A stretch of DNA of 49,513 nt, from assembly GCA_016777845.1 (NCBI GenBank), contig JADHQS010000002.1, positions 1-49,513 of the forward strand. Reading direction: 5' to 3'. Position numbers and translations under genes: made by a program. Positions within the stretch are counted from its first letter, which is position 1; each line of letters opens with the position of its first letter. The stretch is from Candidatus Actinomarina sp. (GTDB lineage: Bacteria > Actinomycetota > Acidimicrobiia > Actinomarinales > Actinomarinaceae). The notes beneath the pieces are model-generated. The model saw nothing but the letters and a program-made list of their open reading frames with translations, did no database searches and was not told where the DNA came from. Shown piece by piece: positions 10,245 to 19,554 of this stretch.

Positions 10245-10454
10245 ATGAGTTTTAACGTTGAAGAATTTATAAATAGGTATAAAGAAAGAGCAGAAGCTGT
10301 AAAAAACAGATCCATCCCTCCTGTTGGTGGAGACGATCGCATGGCATTTATCAAACAAGCTGAAACTGATTTTCAGGATTATATGATAATTGCAGATTCA
10401 GAATTTACAGTTGAAGAAGACTATTTAGTATTCAAGTATAAATTAGATTCTTAA
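10245..10454 (+). CDS. Hypothetical small protein (69 aa)
   Basis: I recognise no motif. It is supported only by the open frame, its tight packing after dnaE, and a TAAACT hexamer 7 nt upstream. Confidence 0.35.
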   Translation: MSFNVEEFINRYKERAEAVKNRSIPPVGGDDRMAFIKQAETDFQDYMIIADSEFTVEEDYLVFKYKLDS

Positions 10455-11113
10455 TCAAGATTTTTACTCATAGGAAAAATTTTGGTTATAACCTCTGCAC
10501 ACGCAACTGCTATTTCCATATGTTCTTTTTGAGTTCCATTCCCAGATCTTAACTCAATGTAATGTATCCAACTCCTAAGGGTACCATTCATATACATCCT
10601 GCTAACAGTATTTCCTTCAGGCAAGACTGCACGTGCCTGTTCTTTAGCAATTCCATTTTCAATTGCCCAATTATATGTTTCTCGGGCTTCATTAATAAGA
10701 TGTTCCTGTTTTTCAATCCACATATTTGAAATTTCTTCATCATCATTTTCAATGGAGTTTTGTCTATTTTTAAGATCTTGAAGCCTCGCTTCTCTAGTTA
10801 CAAATTCAAGATCTTTAACAGGATTTGCATATCTTTGAGAAAATTCTTGGAAACTAAACGATCTATGTCTTAAAATTTGCCTTGCAATGTCTCTAGTTGT
10901 TTCTATTTCAAGACATGCACTAACCATTTCAAGAGGAGACCAGTGTGCGTTTTTAATTAGATACTTTATTAGTTTTTCACTTGTTTCGGTATTTAATTGA
11001 TTTGAAGGGTTTGATACTCTTGCACAAAAAGCTACCAATTCTTGAGCATTATCAATTCCTTCATTTAGAAACTCTTCAGTTGGTGTAGAATAACTTACTA
11101 ATTTAACTTTCAT
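10451..11113 (-). CDS. thyX: FAD-dependent thymidylate synthase ThyX
   Basis: The ThyX signature RHRSFSFQEFSQRY (RHRxxSxxxxSxR) is present. The 220-aa length is typical. Confidence 0.9.
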   Translation of the reverse strand: MKVKLVSYSTPTEEFLNEGIDNAQELVAFCARVSNPSNQLNTETSEKLIKYLIKNAHWSPLEMVSACLEIETTRDIARQILRHRSFSFQEFSQRYANPVKDLEFVTREARLQDLKNRQNSIENDDEEISNMWIEKQEHLINEARETYNWAIENGIAKEQARAVLPEGNTVSRMYMNGTLRSWIHYIELRSGNGTQKEHMEIAVACAEVITKIFPMSKNLD

Positions 11114-11142
11114 TTATGTAACTATATTAAAATAAAAAAAAT

Positions 11143-11406
11143 ATGTTTTTATTAAGGATAATTGTTTTTTTAATACTTGTTTCTTTATTAATTATTTTGG
11201 CTTACCCTTTATTAATTATTTATGATATTTCCAGAGGTGGAAATGGATTTGGAATTTGTAATGATCTTGTAAACTGTGTTATTCCCATAACTGAAGGTCC
11301 TAGGTTATTGATTATTCTTATTGCATCATTTTTCGTACTAGTTTTTTTATTAAGAATTATTATGAAATTTATAAACTCTTTAAATAAAGAAAAATCTATT
11401 CTTTAA
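11143..11406 (+). CDS. Hypothetical two-TM membrane protein (87 aa)
   Basis: It has hydrophobic N- and C-terminal segments flanking a Cys-containing loop (GICNDLVNCV). I recognise no family. Confidence 0.35.
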   Translation: MFLLRIIVFLILVSLLIILAYPLLIIYDISRGGNGFGICNDLVNCVIPITEGPRLLIILIASFFVLVFLLRIIMKFINSLNKEKSIL

Positions 11407-12223
11407 CAACTAAAAAGATCGATATTAAGACTATAAGTACGCCAAACCAATTTAAAATATTTAAATACTCATTCGCTATTAAAATTCCAATTAGTAAAGC
11501 AAATATAGCTTCCATGCTTAATATCAATGCTGAAGTTGAAGCTTTTATTATTTTTTGACCGTACAGTTGTAAATAAAAAGCTCCAACATTAACAAATAAT
11601 CCCAAAAAAACTATTGGAAATATATTTTCATACAAAAATTCAAACTCTGAAAAGGTTATTAATGGTAAACATAATACCGCTCCTGCTAACGACTGAACAA
11701 ACATTAGTTGTGAAATATTTTGATTCTTTACATACCTTTCAACAAGAACTATGTGCATTGCATAAGCAACAGCACAAATTAATGTAAACAAATTTCCAAA
11801 CACTTGTGAAATATCATTTATTGATATAAGTGCTATTCCAGTGAATCCAAGAAATGAATATATGTAGTTTTTTGTTTCTAATTCTGTTTTGTTAATAAAT
11901 TTAGATAAAAAAGGTGTAAGTACAACATAAAATCCAGTTACAACACCTGAATTAATAGTGGATGTAGTTAACAAACCTTGTGTTTGGGTTATGTATCCTA
12001 GCCATAAAAATAATCCCATCATTAAACCTGGTTTCCAAGTTCTTTTTTTAGGTATACCACCAATTACAGCAAAAAAGAATGCTGCGATTAAATACCTTAA
12101 AAAAACAACAAAAGTTGGACTAAAAATACTTAGTAAATTTTTTACAATTAAAAAAGTTGAACCAAAAAATAATGCAGATACAAATAATGCAATTAGCGAT
12201 TTGTTTTTTTCATTAATGAACAT
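11396..12223 (-). CDS. EamA/DMT-superfamily transporter
   Basis: It has about 10 TM segments arranged as two EamA-like halves. The size (275 aa) and hydropathy are typical. The substrate is unknown. Confidence 0.7.
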   Translation of the reverse strand: MFINEKNKSLIALFVSALFFGSTFLIVKNLLSIFSPTFVVFLRYLIAAFFFAVIGGIPKKRTWKPGLMMGLFLWLGYITQTQGLLTTSTINSGVVTGFYVVLTPFLSKFINKTELETKNYIYSFLGFTGIALISINDISQVFGNLFTLICAVAYAMHIVLVERYVKNQNISQLMFVQSLAGAVLCLPLITFSEFEFLYENIFPIVFLGLFVNVGAFYLQLYGQKIIKASTSALILSMEAIFALLIGILIANEYLNILNWFGVLIVLISIFLVVKE

Positions 12224-12247
12224 ATGAGAGAACTTTAATATGTTGTA

Positions 12248-12253
12248 TAAAAT
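12248..12253 (+). promoter_or_regulatory. Candidate -10 box TAAAAT, 6 nt upstream of the nth GTG
   Basis: The sequence is TAAAAT-aatatt-GTG(12260), inside a 36-nt divergent intergenic region. Confidence 0.35.
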
Positions 12254-12259
12254 AATATT

Positions 12260-12901
12260 GTGGTAATAAGCAAAGATAGAAAAGTAAAAGATATTGTTAA
12301 TATCTTAGAGAAACTATATCCAAAAACCCCTATTCCACTAAAACATAAGGATCCATTTACACTTTTGGTAGCAGTTGTTTTATCTGCACAGTGCACAGAT
12401 GAAAGAGTAAATCAGATTACTCCAATTTTATTTGATAGTGCAGATACACCTTTAAAGATGTCAAGATTACCAATTGCTAAAATTGAAAAGATAATAAGAC
12501 CATGTGGTTTGTCACCTCAAAAATCAAAAGCAATTAGTGGTTTGTCAAAAATAATAGTTAATAAGCACAACTCTAAAGTGCCAAAAAATTTTAAAGATCT
12601 TGAAAATTTACCTGGTGTAGGTCATAAGACTGCATCTGTTGTTATGAGTCAAGCATTTGGATATCCTGCTTTTCCTGTTGACACACATATACATAGACTT
12701 GCATGGAGATGGGGTTTGTCAACAGGAAAAAATGTAGAAAAAACAGAAAAAGATTTAAAAAGACTTTTTCCAGAAAGCAAGTGGAACAAACTTCACCTTC
12801 AAATTATTTTTTACGGTCGTGAATATTGTCCTGCTAGGGGACATAATTTAGAAGTTTGTATTATATGTTCAAAATTTAGAAGGAAAGAAGGATTTAAGTA
12901 G
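12260..12901 (+). CDS. nth: Endonuclease III (DNA-(apurinic/apyrimidinic site) lyase)
   Basis: It has the HhH-GPD motif (LENLPGVGHKTASVVM, PVDTHIHR) and a C-terminal Cys cluster (YCPARG...CIICSKF). It starts with GTG. Confidence 0.9.
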   Translation: MVISKDRKVKDIVNILEKLYPKTPIPLKHKDPFTLLVAVVLSAQCTDERVNQITPILFDSADTPLKMSRLPIAKIEKIIRPCGLSPQKSKAISGLSKIIVNKHNSKVPKNFKDLENLPGVGHKTASVVMSQAFGYPAFPVDTHIHRLAWRWGLSTGKNVEKTEKDLKRLFPESKWNKLHLQIIFYGREYCPARGHNLEVCIICSKFRRKEGFK

Positions 12902-12941
12902 AGGACTTTTTTTATATCTAGTTGAGGTATATATTAAGTTT

Positions 12942-13649
12942 ATGGAAATTAATGCATCGATAGCCTTCTTTTTTGGAGCTTTGTCATTTTTTTCACCTTG
13001 TGTACTTCCATTAGTCCCAGGGTATTTTGCCATATTTTCTATAAATAAAAATTCAAAAATATCGAAAATTAATGGCGCGGTTCAATTTTCAATAGGGTTT
13101 TCTATTGTTTTTGTTTCTCTGGGTGCATTAGCAAGTTCGGTAGGTTCATTTTTTAGTAGAAACGCGACAATTCTTGGTCAAATCAGCGGTGCTATCATAA
13201 TTATCTTTGGTTTGGTTTTATTAATACCATCTCTTAATAAAAGATATTTTTATAGTTCCAACTATGTTGATATCAATAATTTTTCAAAATCTAAAAACTT
13301 TATAATGGGTTTTACATTCGGCTTTGGGTTTACGCCCTGTATCGGACCAGTTCTTGGAGCATTGTTAACTCTTTCATCTAAGTCTGAAACATTATATTCA
13401 GGAGTAATGTACCTAACATTATTTTCATTAGGCCTAGCTGTTCCATTTATTACTATTGCAATCCTTTCAGATCGGATTAATTTTAATAACAAAGTATTTA
13501 ATAGTTTTCAAAAATACTCAACAAATGTTTCTGGTCTTACATTAATTGCATTAGGTTATTTAATATTTACTGACAGAGTTTATATTCTTGCATCATTTTT
13601 TCAAGAAATTCTCTATTTACTTAATTTAGATTGGTTAAGTACTATTTAG
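12942..13649 (+). CDS. ccdA: Cytochrome c biogenesis protein CcdA / DsbD-family thiol:disulfide transporter
   Basis: It has six TM segments with conserved Cys-Pro motifs in TM1 (FFSPCVLPLVPGY) and TM4 (FTPCIGPVLG). Confidence 0.8.
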   Translation: MEINASIAFFFGALSFFSPCVLPLVPGYFAIFSINKNSKISKINGAVQFSIGFSIVFVSLGALASSVGSFFSRNATILGQISGAIIIIFGLVLLIPSLNKRYFYSSNYVDINNFSKSKNFIMGFTFGFGFTPCIGPVLGALLTLSSKSETLYSGVMYLTLFSLGLAVPFITIAILSDRINFNNKVFNSFQKYSTNVSGLTLIALGYLIFTDRVYILASFFQEILYLLNLDWLSTI

Positions 13650-13652
13650 ATT

Positions 13653-14219
13653 ATGAAAGTTTTAAAATCATTAAATTCTTTAAATGTTGAGGGGAGTGAT
13701 GCCTACACTTTCATTGGTTCACTCGTATCGAACTCTATAGATGAAAACGAATATAAGTTCTCCTATTTGTTAGGTCCAGATGGAAAAGTAAACTTTTGGT
13801 TTATATTTTCAAGACAAAATGATTTATTAAAAATTTATCAATCCGAGAGTAATTTGATTGAATTGAAAAAAGTATTAGAAAAGTACAAAATTCGTATCAA
13901 ATGTGAATTAGATATTGTTAAAGAAGATGTATTTTTCGAAATTAATGAGAAAGAAGATACTCTTAGTGTAAATCCAACTAATGAAGCTGAACATCACCTT
14001 GATTGGTCTGAAGTTGAATTGGCCTATGAGCTTCCTTCATTAAAAATTATTGGATTAGGCTTATTACCTAATGAGATTAAATGGTTAGAAAGTTTTGTTG
14101 ACTTTTATAAAGGTTGCTTTATGGGACAAGAACAGGCCTCTAGAGTTAAATTTAGGGGTAATCCAAGAAGAATATTAAAAACTTTACCAAATTCTACTCA
14201 AGAAATATTAAAAAAATAA
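13653..14219 (+). CDS. ygfZ: YgfZ-like folate-binding (GcvT-fold) protein, short form
   Basis: The C-terminal signature YKGCFMGQEQASRVKFRGNPRR (KGC[YF]xGQE) is present. At 188 aa it is much shorter than the roughly 320-370 aa homologues I recall. Confidence 0.6.
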   Translation: MKVLKSLNSLNVEGSDAYTFIGSLVSNSIDENEYKFSYLLGPDGKVNFWFIFSRQNDLLKIYQSESNLIELKKVLEKYKIRIKCELDIVKEDVFFEINEKEDTLSVNPTNEAEHHLDWSEVELAYELPSLKIIGLGLLPNEIKWLESFVDFYKGCFMGQEQASRVKFRGNPRRILKTLPNSTQEILKK

Positions 14220-14225
14220 TTTAAA

Positions 14226-14543
14226 GTGACTGCAAACAACACCAGATGTAATTACTGTGGAAGAACTTTATATAAACAAGTTTCTGAAAAGTATTTCGTT
14301 TGTTCTAAAAAATGTAAAAGGTTGATAAAAAATAATACCTATATTGAGACAGTTGATTCTATTGTCTTAAAAGTTAACAGCACCAAGTGGAATCCAGTTG
14401 ATGATTTGAATAAAAAAGTTCACGTAAATAAATTTGACTTTATTTCTTCTGTAAGACGTCTAATTTATTTTAAAGGATTGCTTTTAACCAAAGAGAAAAA
14501 AGAAATTAATCAAAAATCACTCATATCTAAAGTGAAAATATAG
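14226..14543 (+). CDS. Hypothetical protein with an N-terminal CxxC...CxxxC zinc-ribbon-like motif
   Basis: It contains CNYCGRTL...FVCSKKCKR and starts with GTG. I recognise no family. Confidence 0.35.
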   Translation: MTANNTRCNYCGRTLYKQVSEKYFVCSKKCKRLIKNNTYIETVDSIVLKVNSTKWNPVDDLNKKVHVNKFDFISSVRRLIYFKGLLLTKEKKEINQKSLISKVKI

Positions 14544-15126
14544 CTCCTTTATCAAATCGTTTCAATGAATATTGAACAATAGGCCCAACTGTAACAACCA
14601 TCAAGATTGTACCTAGTCCATAAGAACCACCCAGCAATACCCCTACTACAAACGCAGTAAAATCGATTCCAATTCTTGTAACTCTTATACTTGGGCCTAA
14701 TTTAGCAATTCCAACCATAATTCCATCTCTTGGACCTGGTCCAAGTCCAGAACCAACATAAACACCTACCCCTAATGCAAACATCACAGTTCCAAATACG
14801 AGAAAGATTAATTTTACGTACAATATTTCTGGACTGGGCAAATAATACATCGTTAGGTCGATCACGTTTCCAATAGTTAGGATATTTAAAATAGTGCCTA
14901 TGAAAGGTTTTTGTCTGAGAGGAATCCACCCTAGGAGTAAAATAAAACCTGTTATGACGCCAGCAAACCCAATTTTAACCCCTATTAATTTACTAAATCC
15001 ATCGTGAAACACATCCCAGGAATTTAATCCAAGGTCAGCCTCAATGGTAAAAGCCAATCCAAAACCACATAAAAAAAGTCCAATCATTAGTTGAGGAATT
15101 CTCTTAATAATTAATTTATTTTGCAT
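14527..15126 (-). CDS. YczE/YitT-like integral membrane protein
   Basis: It has about five or six TM segments. The N-terminus LMIGLFLCGFGLAFTIEADLGLNSWDVFHDG resembles the YczE family. Confidence 0.5.
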   Translation of the reverse strand: MQNKLIIKRIPQLMIGLFLCGFGLAFTIEADLGLNSWDVFHDGFSKLIGVKIGFAGVITGFILLLGWIPLRQKPFIGTILNILTIGNVIDLTMYYLPSPEILYVKLIFLVFGTVMFALGVGVYVGSGLGPGPRDGIMVGIAKLGPSIRVTRIGIDFTAFVVGVLLGGSYGLGTILMVVTVGPIVQYSLKRFDKGAIFSL

Positions 15127-15493
15127 TTATGAACAAGCCTTCTAAGACTAAAATGTTTTCCGGACATAGTTCGTACGTTGATTGAAATCGAAGAATTGGA
15201 ATAATTCTATTATTTATATTTACTTTAATTTCATTATCATTGAGTATATTTAATATAACATTTAAAGATGCTTGCTCATCAATCCATTGATTTGAACTAT
15301 TGCATATATCTTTTCCAACTTGTATTAGGGCATCAACAGAGTAATTTTCTAAAGTATCCTCACTATCAGCAATTCTTATTTGCTCTACAAAACTATCACC
15401 AAAATTATCTGTACTTAATGAGGAAAACGTTATATAAAAAATTATTGAAATGATGAAAAAAATTATGACACCAATAATTGTTTTATTATTCAT
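15116..15493 (-). CDS. Hypothetical membrane-anchored exported protein (DUF732-like two-Cys pattern)
   Basis: It has an N-terminal TM anchor followed by a soluble domain with two spaced Cys residues (GKDICNSS ... YELCPEN), reminiscent of actinobacterial DUF732. This assignment is weak. Confidence 0.35.
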   Translation of the reverse strand: MNNKTIIGVIIFFIISIIFYITFSSLSTDNFGDSFVEQIRIADSEDTLENYSVDALIQVGKDICNSSNQWIDEQASLNVILNILNDNEIKVNINNRIIPILRFQSTYELCPENILVLEGLFINAK

Positions 15494-15544
15494 ATTCTAT
15501 TATTGAGTAATTTTGAATTTATATATAAACGTATTCAACAAATG

Positions 15545-15626
15545 TACCCGGAGGGGGAGTCGAACCCCCACATCCTAAGATACTGGATTTTGAATCCAGC
15601 GCGTCTGCCAATTCCGCCATCCGGGC
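15545..15626 (-). tRNA. tRNA-Leu (anticodon CAA)
   Basis: The reverse complement reads GCCCGGATGGCGGAATTGGCAGACGCGCTGGATTCAAAATCCAG...GGGGGTTCGACTCCCCCTCCGGGTA. It has a 7-bp acceptor stem, a CTGGA/TCCAG anticodon stem with loop TTCAAAA (CAA), a long variable arm, and a GGTTCGA T-loop. No CCA is encoded. Confidence 0.85.
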
Positions 15627-15680
15627 TTTAATAAGATTATATTTGATATGCAGATGAATGAGAGAAAATTTTATTAAGTT

Positions 15681-15686
15681 TAAAAT
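15681..15686 (+). promoter_or_regulatory. Candidate -10 box TAAAAT, 6 nt upstream of the polA GTG
   Basis: The sequence is TAAAAT-gagaga-GTG(15693). The in-frame-looking ATG at 15685 hits a stop after 3 codons. Confidence 0.35.
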
Positions 15687-15692
15687 GAGAGA

Positions 15693-18191
15693 GTGATATT
15701 CCTAATTGATGGCCACAGCATTGCATTTAGAGCCTTTTATGCGTTACCTGAAACGTTAGAGACAAAAGATGGATTTCCTACAAATGTAATTCATGGATTT
15801 CTTATGATGCTATCTAAGCTTGTTAATAATTATGATGTAGAAAAAATTATTATCACATGGGATGTTTCTAAAAAAACCTTTAGAAATGAAATATATGAAG
15901 ATTATAAAGCTAATAGAAGTTCATCACCTGACAACTTTAAAATTCAAATTAATAAACTTCAAAGTCTGCTTACTAAATTTAACTTACCTCAAGTTTCGCT
16001 TGAAGGGTTTGAGGCTGATGATGTTTTAGGTAGTTTGTCGAAACTCTTTAATAAAAAGAATAAGAAAGTAACAATAGTTACAGGAGATCGAGATTCATTC
16101 CAATTAATTAGTTCCAAAACACATGTTATGTATACAAAACGTGGAATATCTGATGTTGAAATATTTGATAGCAATGTTTTTACTGAAAAGTATCAAATCA
16201 ACACTAATCAATATATTGAATACTTAGCCTTAAAAGGTGACAAATCAGATAATATTCCTGGCTTACCGGGTGTTGGTGAAAAAACAGCTATATCGTTGTT
16301 ACTAAAGTATAAAAAAATATCAAATATTTATAAAAATTTGGATGAATTAACACCAAAATTAAAGTCAAATTTTGAAGAATATAAAGATTTATTAAATATG
16401 AGCAAAGACTTGGCAACAATAAAGACAGACTTAGATCTTGAAATACCAACAACAAATCTAAGTGAAACTATATTTCTTGACAACAAAGTTTTGGAAGATT
16501 CTGGGGATGAAATTTCTAAATACGAACTTAATAGATTTCTTGGTGAAAGAACTAACTTAAATAAAAATGAGATTGAAAAAGATAAATTAGACATAAAATT
16601 AATGGATAAAAATATTGATTTACTCAGTATTGTATTTAATTTTGAAAACAAAAACTATTTTGTAAACAATGATGAGTTTGGTGAATTTGAGTCTTTACTA
16701 AATTTCAAAAGTATAATATCTCTTTCATCGCAAAAATTATTTAATGAGTTTCAAATTGTAAAGCATGATAAATTTATTGCATACGACTGCATGCTTTTTT
16801 TATTAGATCCAAGTATTAGACCAGACAATCTTTTAAATATTGTTAAACACCTAGACCCACAGAGTGAATTAAACAAAAAGGCTACTGTTGATGAGTATAT
16901 AAAATTTTTTCAATCCAATTTTAATTCAATTAATAAATCGATTAAAGAATTCGAACTTGAAGCTACACTTCATCAACTTTATAAAGATGTAGATTTTCCA
17001 ATGCTGAAGATTTTATCTGAAATGGAAAATGAAGGAATTACAGTATCAAAAGAAAAAATGAAAAAACTTTCAAAAAGCCTATCTACTAAATTAACTAACC
17101 TTCAAAATAAGTGTTACAACATTACTAAAAAAGAGTTCAATTTAAATTCACCAAAACAACTTTCTGATATATTTTTTAACGAACTGAAATACCCAGTTTT
17201 GAAAAAAACACCAAAAGGAGCTCCTTCTACTGATGCAAGCGTTTTGGAGGAATTATCAAAGAATTACGAATTACCTAAACATATTTTAAAATATAGAGAA
17301 CTTGAAAAAATAAGATCTACTTATGTAGATGGCTTATTGCCAGAGGTAAGTAATGATTCAAAAATACATACTCATTACAACTTATTCGGTACGACAACAG
17401 GCAGATTGTCATCAGAAAAGCCAAATTTACAAAACATACCAAACAAGACAGAGTTAGGACAACAAATTAGAGATTTCTTTATTTCTAAACCCTCTATGAA
17501 CTTCATCCTTTCAGATTATTCTCAAATTGAGTTGCGGGTTCTTGCGCACCTAAGTCAAGACTCAGAAATGATAAAAATATTAAATGAAAAAAATTCAGAT
17601 ATACACTCTGAAACTGCTGCAAGAATATTTAATCAACCACTTAATGAAGTTAACTCTGAAATGAGAAGAAAAGCTAAAGAGGTTAACTTTGGATTAATTT
17701 ACGGGATGGAATCATTTGGTCTTTCCAAAAGTTTAGATATATCTCAAAAAGAAGCTAAGAAATTAATAGATGCATATTTTGATCAATTTCCTAAAGTAAA
17801 AAGATTCCTAGAAGAAGTAGTTTCTAATGCTGAAAAAAATACATACACAAAAACTTTGTTCGGAAGGACAAGATATATCAGAGAACTGGCTTCTTCAAAT
17901 TTTCAAATGAAAGCAATGGGTAAGCGAATCGCTATGAATGCACCAATTCAAGGTACAGCATCAGATATTATGAAAATTGCCATGATAAAAGTTCGTGCTG
18001 CACTTAATAGTTTTGATAATGCCAATTTATTACTCCAAATACATGATGAAATAGTGATAGAAACTAAGAAAAAAGATGTTGATAATGTTTTATCAGTTGT
18101 TTCTAAAAATATGCAAAATGCAGTTAGACTTGATGTACCTTTGTATGTAAATACAAAAATAAATACATCTCTTGCAAATTTTAATAAATAG
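15693..18191 (+). CDS. polA: DNA polymerase I
   Basis: It has a 5'-nuclease domain (LIDGHSIAFRAFYA, GDRDSFQL, GIPGVGEKTA) and polymerase motifs (DYSQIELRVLAH, RRKAKEVNFGLIYG, QIHDE). In the proofreading-domain region, the ExoI position reads FNFEN rather than FDTET, so it is probably exonuclease-inactive, as in other actinobacteria. It starts with GTG. Confidence 0.95.
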   Translation: MIFLIDGHSIAFRAFYALPETLETKDGFPTNVIHGFLMMLSKLVNNYDVEKIIITWDVSKKTFRNEIYEDYKANRSSSPDNFKIQINKLQSLLTKFNLPQVSLEGFEADDVLGSLSKLFNKKNKKVTIVTGDRDSFQLISSKTHVMYTKRGISDVEIFDSNVFTEKYQINTNQYIEYLALKGDKSDNIPGLPGVGEKTAISLLLKYKKISNIYKNLDELTPKLKSNFEEYKDLLNMSKDLATIKTDLDLEIPTTNLSETIFLDNKVLEDSGDEISKYELNRFLGERTNLNKNEIEKDKLDIKLMDKNIDLLSIVFNFENKNYFVNNDEFGEFESLLNFKSIISLSSQKLFNEFQIVKHDKFIAYDCMLFLLDPSIRPDNLLNIVKHLDPQSELNKKATVDEYIKFFQSNFNSINKSIKEFELEATLHQLYKDVDFPMLKILSEMENEGITVSKEKMKKLSKSLSTKLTNLQNKCYNITKKEFNLNSPKQLSDIFFNELKYPVLKKTPKGAPSTDASVLEELSKNYELPKHILKYRELEKIRSTYVDGLLPEVSNDSKIHTHYNLFGTTTGRLSSEKPNLQNIPNKTELGQQIRDFFISKPSMNFILSDYSQIELRVLAHLSQDSEMIKILNEKNSDIHSETAARIFNQPLNEVNSEMRRKAKEVNFGLIYGMESFGLSKSLDISQKEAKKLIDAYFDQFPKVKRFLEEVVSNAEKNTYTKTLFGRTRYIRELASSNFQMKAMGKRIAMNAPIQGTASDIMKIAMIKVRAALNSFDNANLLLQIHDEIVIETKKKDVDNVLSVVSKNMQNAVRLDVPLYVNTKINTSLANFNK

Positions 18192-18256
18192 TTTGTAAAT
18201 ATCACAGATATGTTATTCTTATTGACGCAACACTATGATTGGAATAAATAATACAT

Positions 18257-19525
18257 ATGACAAGTAATAATGAAGAGAACTCATCTCCTTCAAATGTCGT
18301 CGAACTACCTGAAGATATAAAACCAGAAGATTTTCCAGAACTTCTTGAACAAACTCTAGTTACTTTTAATAAAGGAGATGTTATTGAAGGAACTATTGTT
18401 AGAGTAGACCGCAATGAAGTAATGGTTGATGTTGGATATAAATCAGAAGGCGTTATCCCTTCAAGAGAGCTTTCAGTAAGAAAAGGTGTAAACCCCAAAG
18501 AAATTGTTAATGAGGGTGAAAAAATCAAAGCTTTGGTCTTAGATAAAGAAGATGATGAAGGAAGATTAATTTTATCTGTTAAAAGAGCTGTATATGAGAA
18601 AGCATGGGGAGATATTCAAGAAATCTCTGATAGCAATAAGTCTATAAAAGGAACTGTTATTGAATCAGTAAAAGGTGGACTAATTGTTGATATTGGAGTT
18701 AGAGGGTTCTTGCCAGCGTCACTTATTGATGTAAGAAGAGTTAAAGAATTGACATCTTATATAGGTGAAGAAATAGAAGCAAAAATTCTTGAACTTGATA
18801 GACAAAAGAACAATATCGTTCTTTCAAGAAAGGCTCATTTGGAAGAGGAAATGTCAGAAGAGAGACAAGGTTTTCTCGATGATTTACAAGTTGGAGATGT
18901 TAAAGAGGGTAAAATTTCATCTATTGTCAGTTTTGGAGCTTTTGTTGATATTGGCGGAATGGATGGATTAGTTCATGTGTCAGAACTTTCATGGAGACAT
19001 GTTGAAAATCCAAATGAAATTGTAAAAGTAGGAGATTCAGTCACAGTTAAGGTTTTAGAAATAGATAATGATAAAGAAAGAATTTCTCTATCTATTAAAC
19101 AGGTTAATGAAGATCCTTGGCTAGATTTTGAGCTCCACTATAAAGAAGAAGATGTTGTAGATGGAGAAGTTACAAAAGTTGTTCCTTTTGGTGCATTTGT
19201 TACTATTGGCAAAGGTGTTGAGGGATTAGTACATGTTTCTGAAATATCCTCACATAAAGTTGATTCACCAGAGTTAGCTCTTGCTTTAGGGCAAAAAGTC
19301 AAAATTAAAATTACAGAACTAGACATTGAGAAAAGAAGAGTAAATTTATCAATTAAAAAAGCTGATCCCAATTGGAAAGAAGTAGAAGAAAATAAAGACA
19401 AGCCAAAAACTCATTCATCATCATCCAATGAGGAGACTCCAAAACGTCAAACAGTCGAAGGCGTTGATGAGTCTTTAGAGAATATCCTTCAAGAATTAAA
19501 AGAAAGAGGAATAGGTAACTCGTAA
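18257..19525 (+). CDS. rpsA: 30S ribosomal protein S1
   Basis: It has four tandem S1/OB repeats (GDVIEGTIV..., IKGTVIESVKGGLIVD, VKEGKISSIVSFGAFVDIGGMDGLVHVSEL, VDGEVTKVVPFGAFV). polA-rpsA-coaE synteny is conserved. Confidence 0.95.
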   Translation: MTSNNEENSSPSNVVELPEDIKPEDFPELLEQTLVTFNKGDVIEGTIVRVDRNEVMVDVGYKSEGVIPSRELSVRKGVNPKEIVNEGEKIKALVLDKEDDEGRLILSVKRAVYEKAWGDIQEISDSNKSIKGTVIESVKGGLIVDIGVRGFLPASLIDVRRVKELTSYIGEEIEAKILELDRQKNNIVLSRKAHLEEEMSEERQGFLDDLQVGDVKEGKISSIVSFGAFVDIGGMDGLVHVSELSWRHVENPNEIVKVGDSVTVKVLEIDNDKERISLSIKQVNEDPWLDFELHYKEEDVVDGEVTKVVPFGAFVTIGKGVEGLVHVSEISSHKVDSPELALALGQKVKIKITELDIEKRRVNLSIKKADPNWKEVEENKDKPKTHSSSSNEETPKRQTVEGVDESLENILQELKERGIGNS

Positions 19526-19554
19526 TATATTCTTTTTATGCTTAATCTTTAATA

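Noticed and set aside
11143-11406. An internal repeat of the peptide FLLRII at both ends of the 87-aa membrane ORF.
   Set aside because: It is a hexapeptide recurrence in a low-complexity, hydrophobic, AT-rich-encoded protein. This is not evidence of duplication or function.
15494-15692. tRNA-Leu(CAA) as a possible integration hotspot, with flanking direct repeats or an integrase.
   Set aside because: There is no integrase, no partial tRNA duplicate and no repeat nearby. The flanking genes are ordinary core or hypothetical genes.
18222-18250. An rpsA promoter reading TTGACG-17nt-TAAATA, ending 6 nt before ATG 18257.
   Set aside because: The -35 element and the spacing look good, but the hexamer ends in A and so is not TAnnnT. 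I therefore left it out of the set of confident leaderless examples. It remains plausible.
18202-18528. A 108-aa antisense ORF overlaps the rpsA start. Similar long antisense or alternative-frame ORFs occur inside polA (16328-16651, 15989-16174, 17948-18205), the helicase (44051-44359), the lipid kinase (45361-45669), EamA (11958-12227), dnaE, uvrB, uvrC, guaC, ileS, yggS (773-955) and others.
   Set aside because: All lie inside strongly supported genes. Their translations are low-complexity Ser/Leu/Phe-rich mirror images of Glu/Lys-rich sense codons, and none has its own promoter or SD signal. These are typical shadow ORFs.
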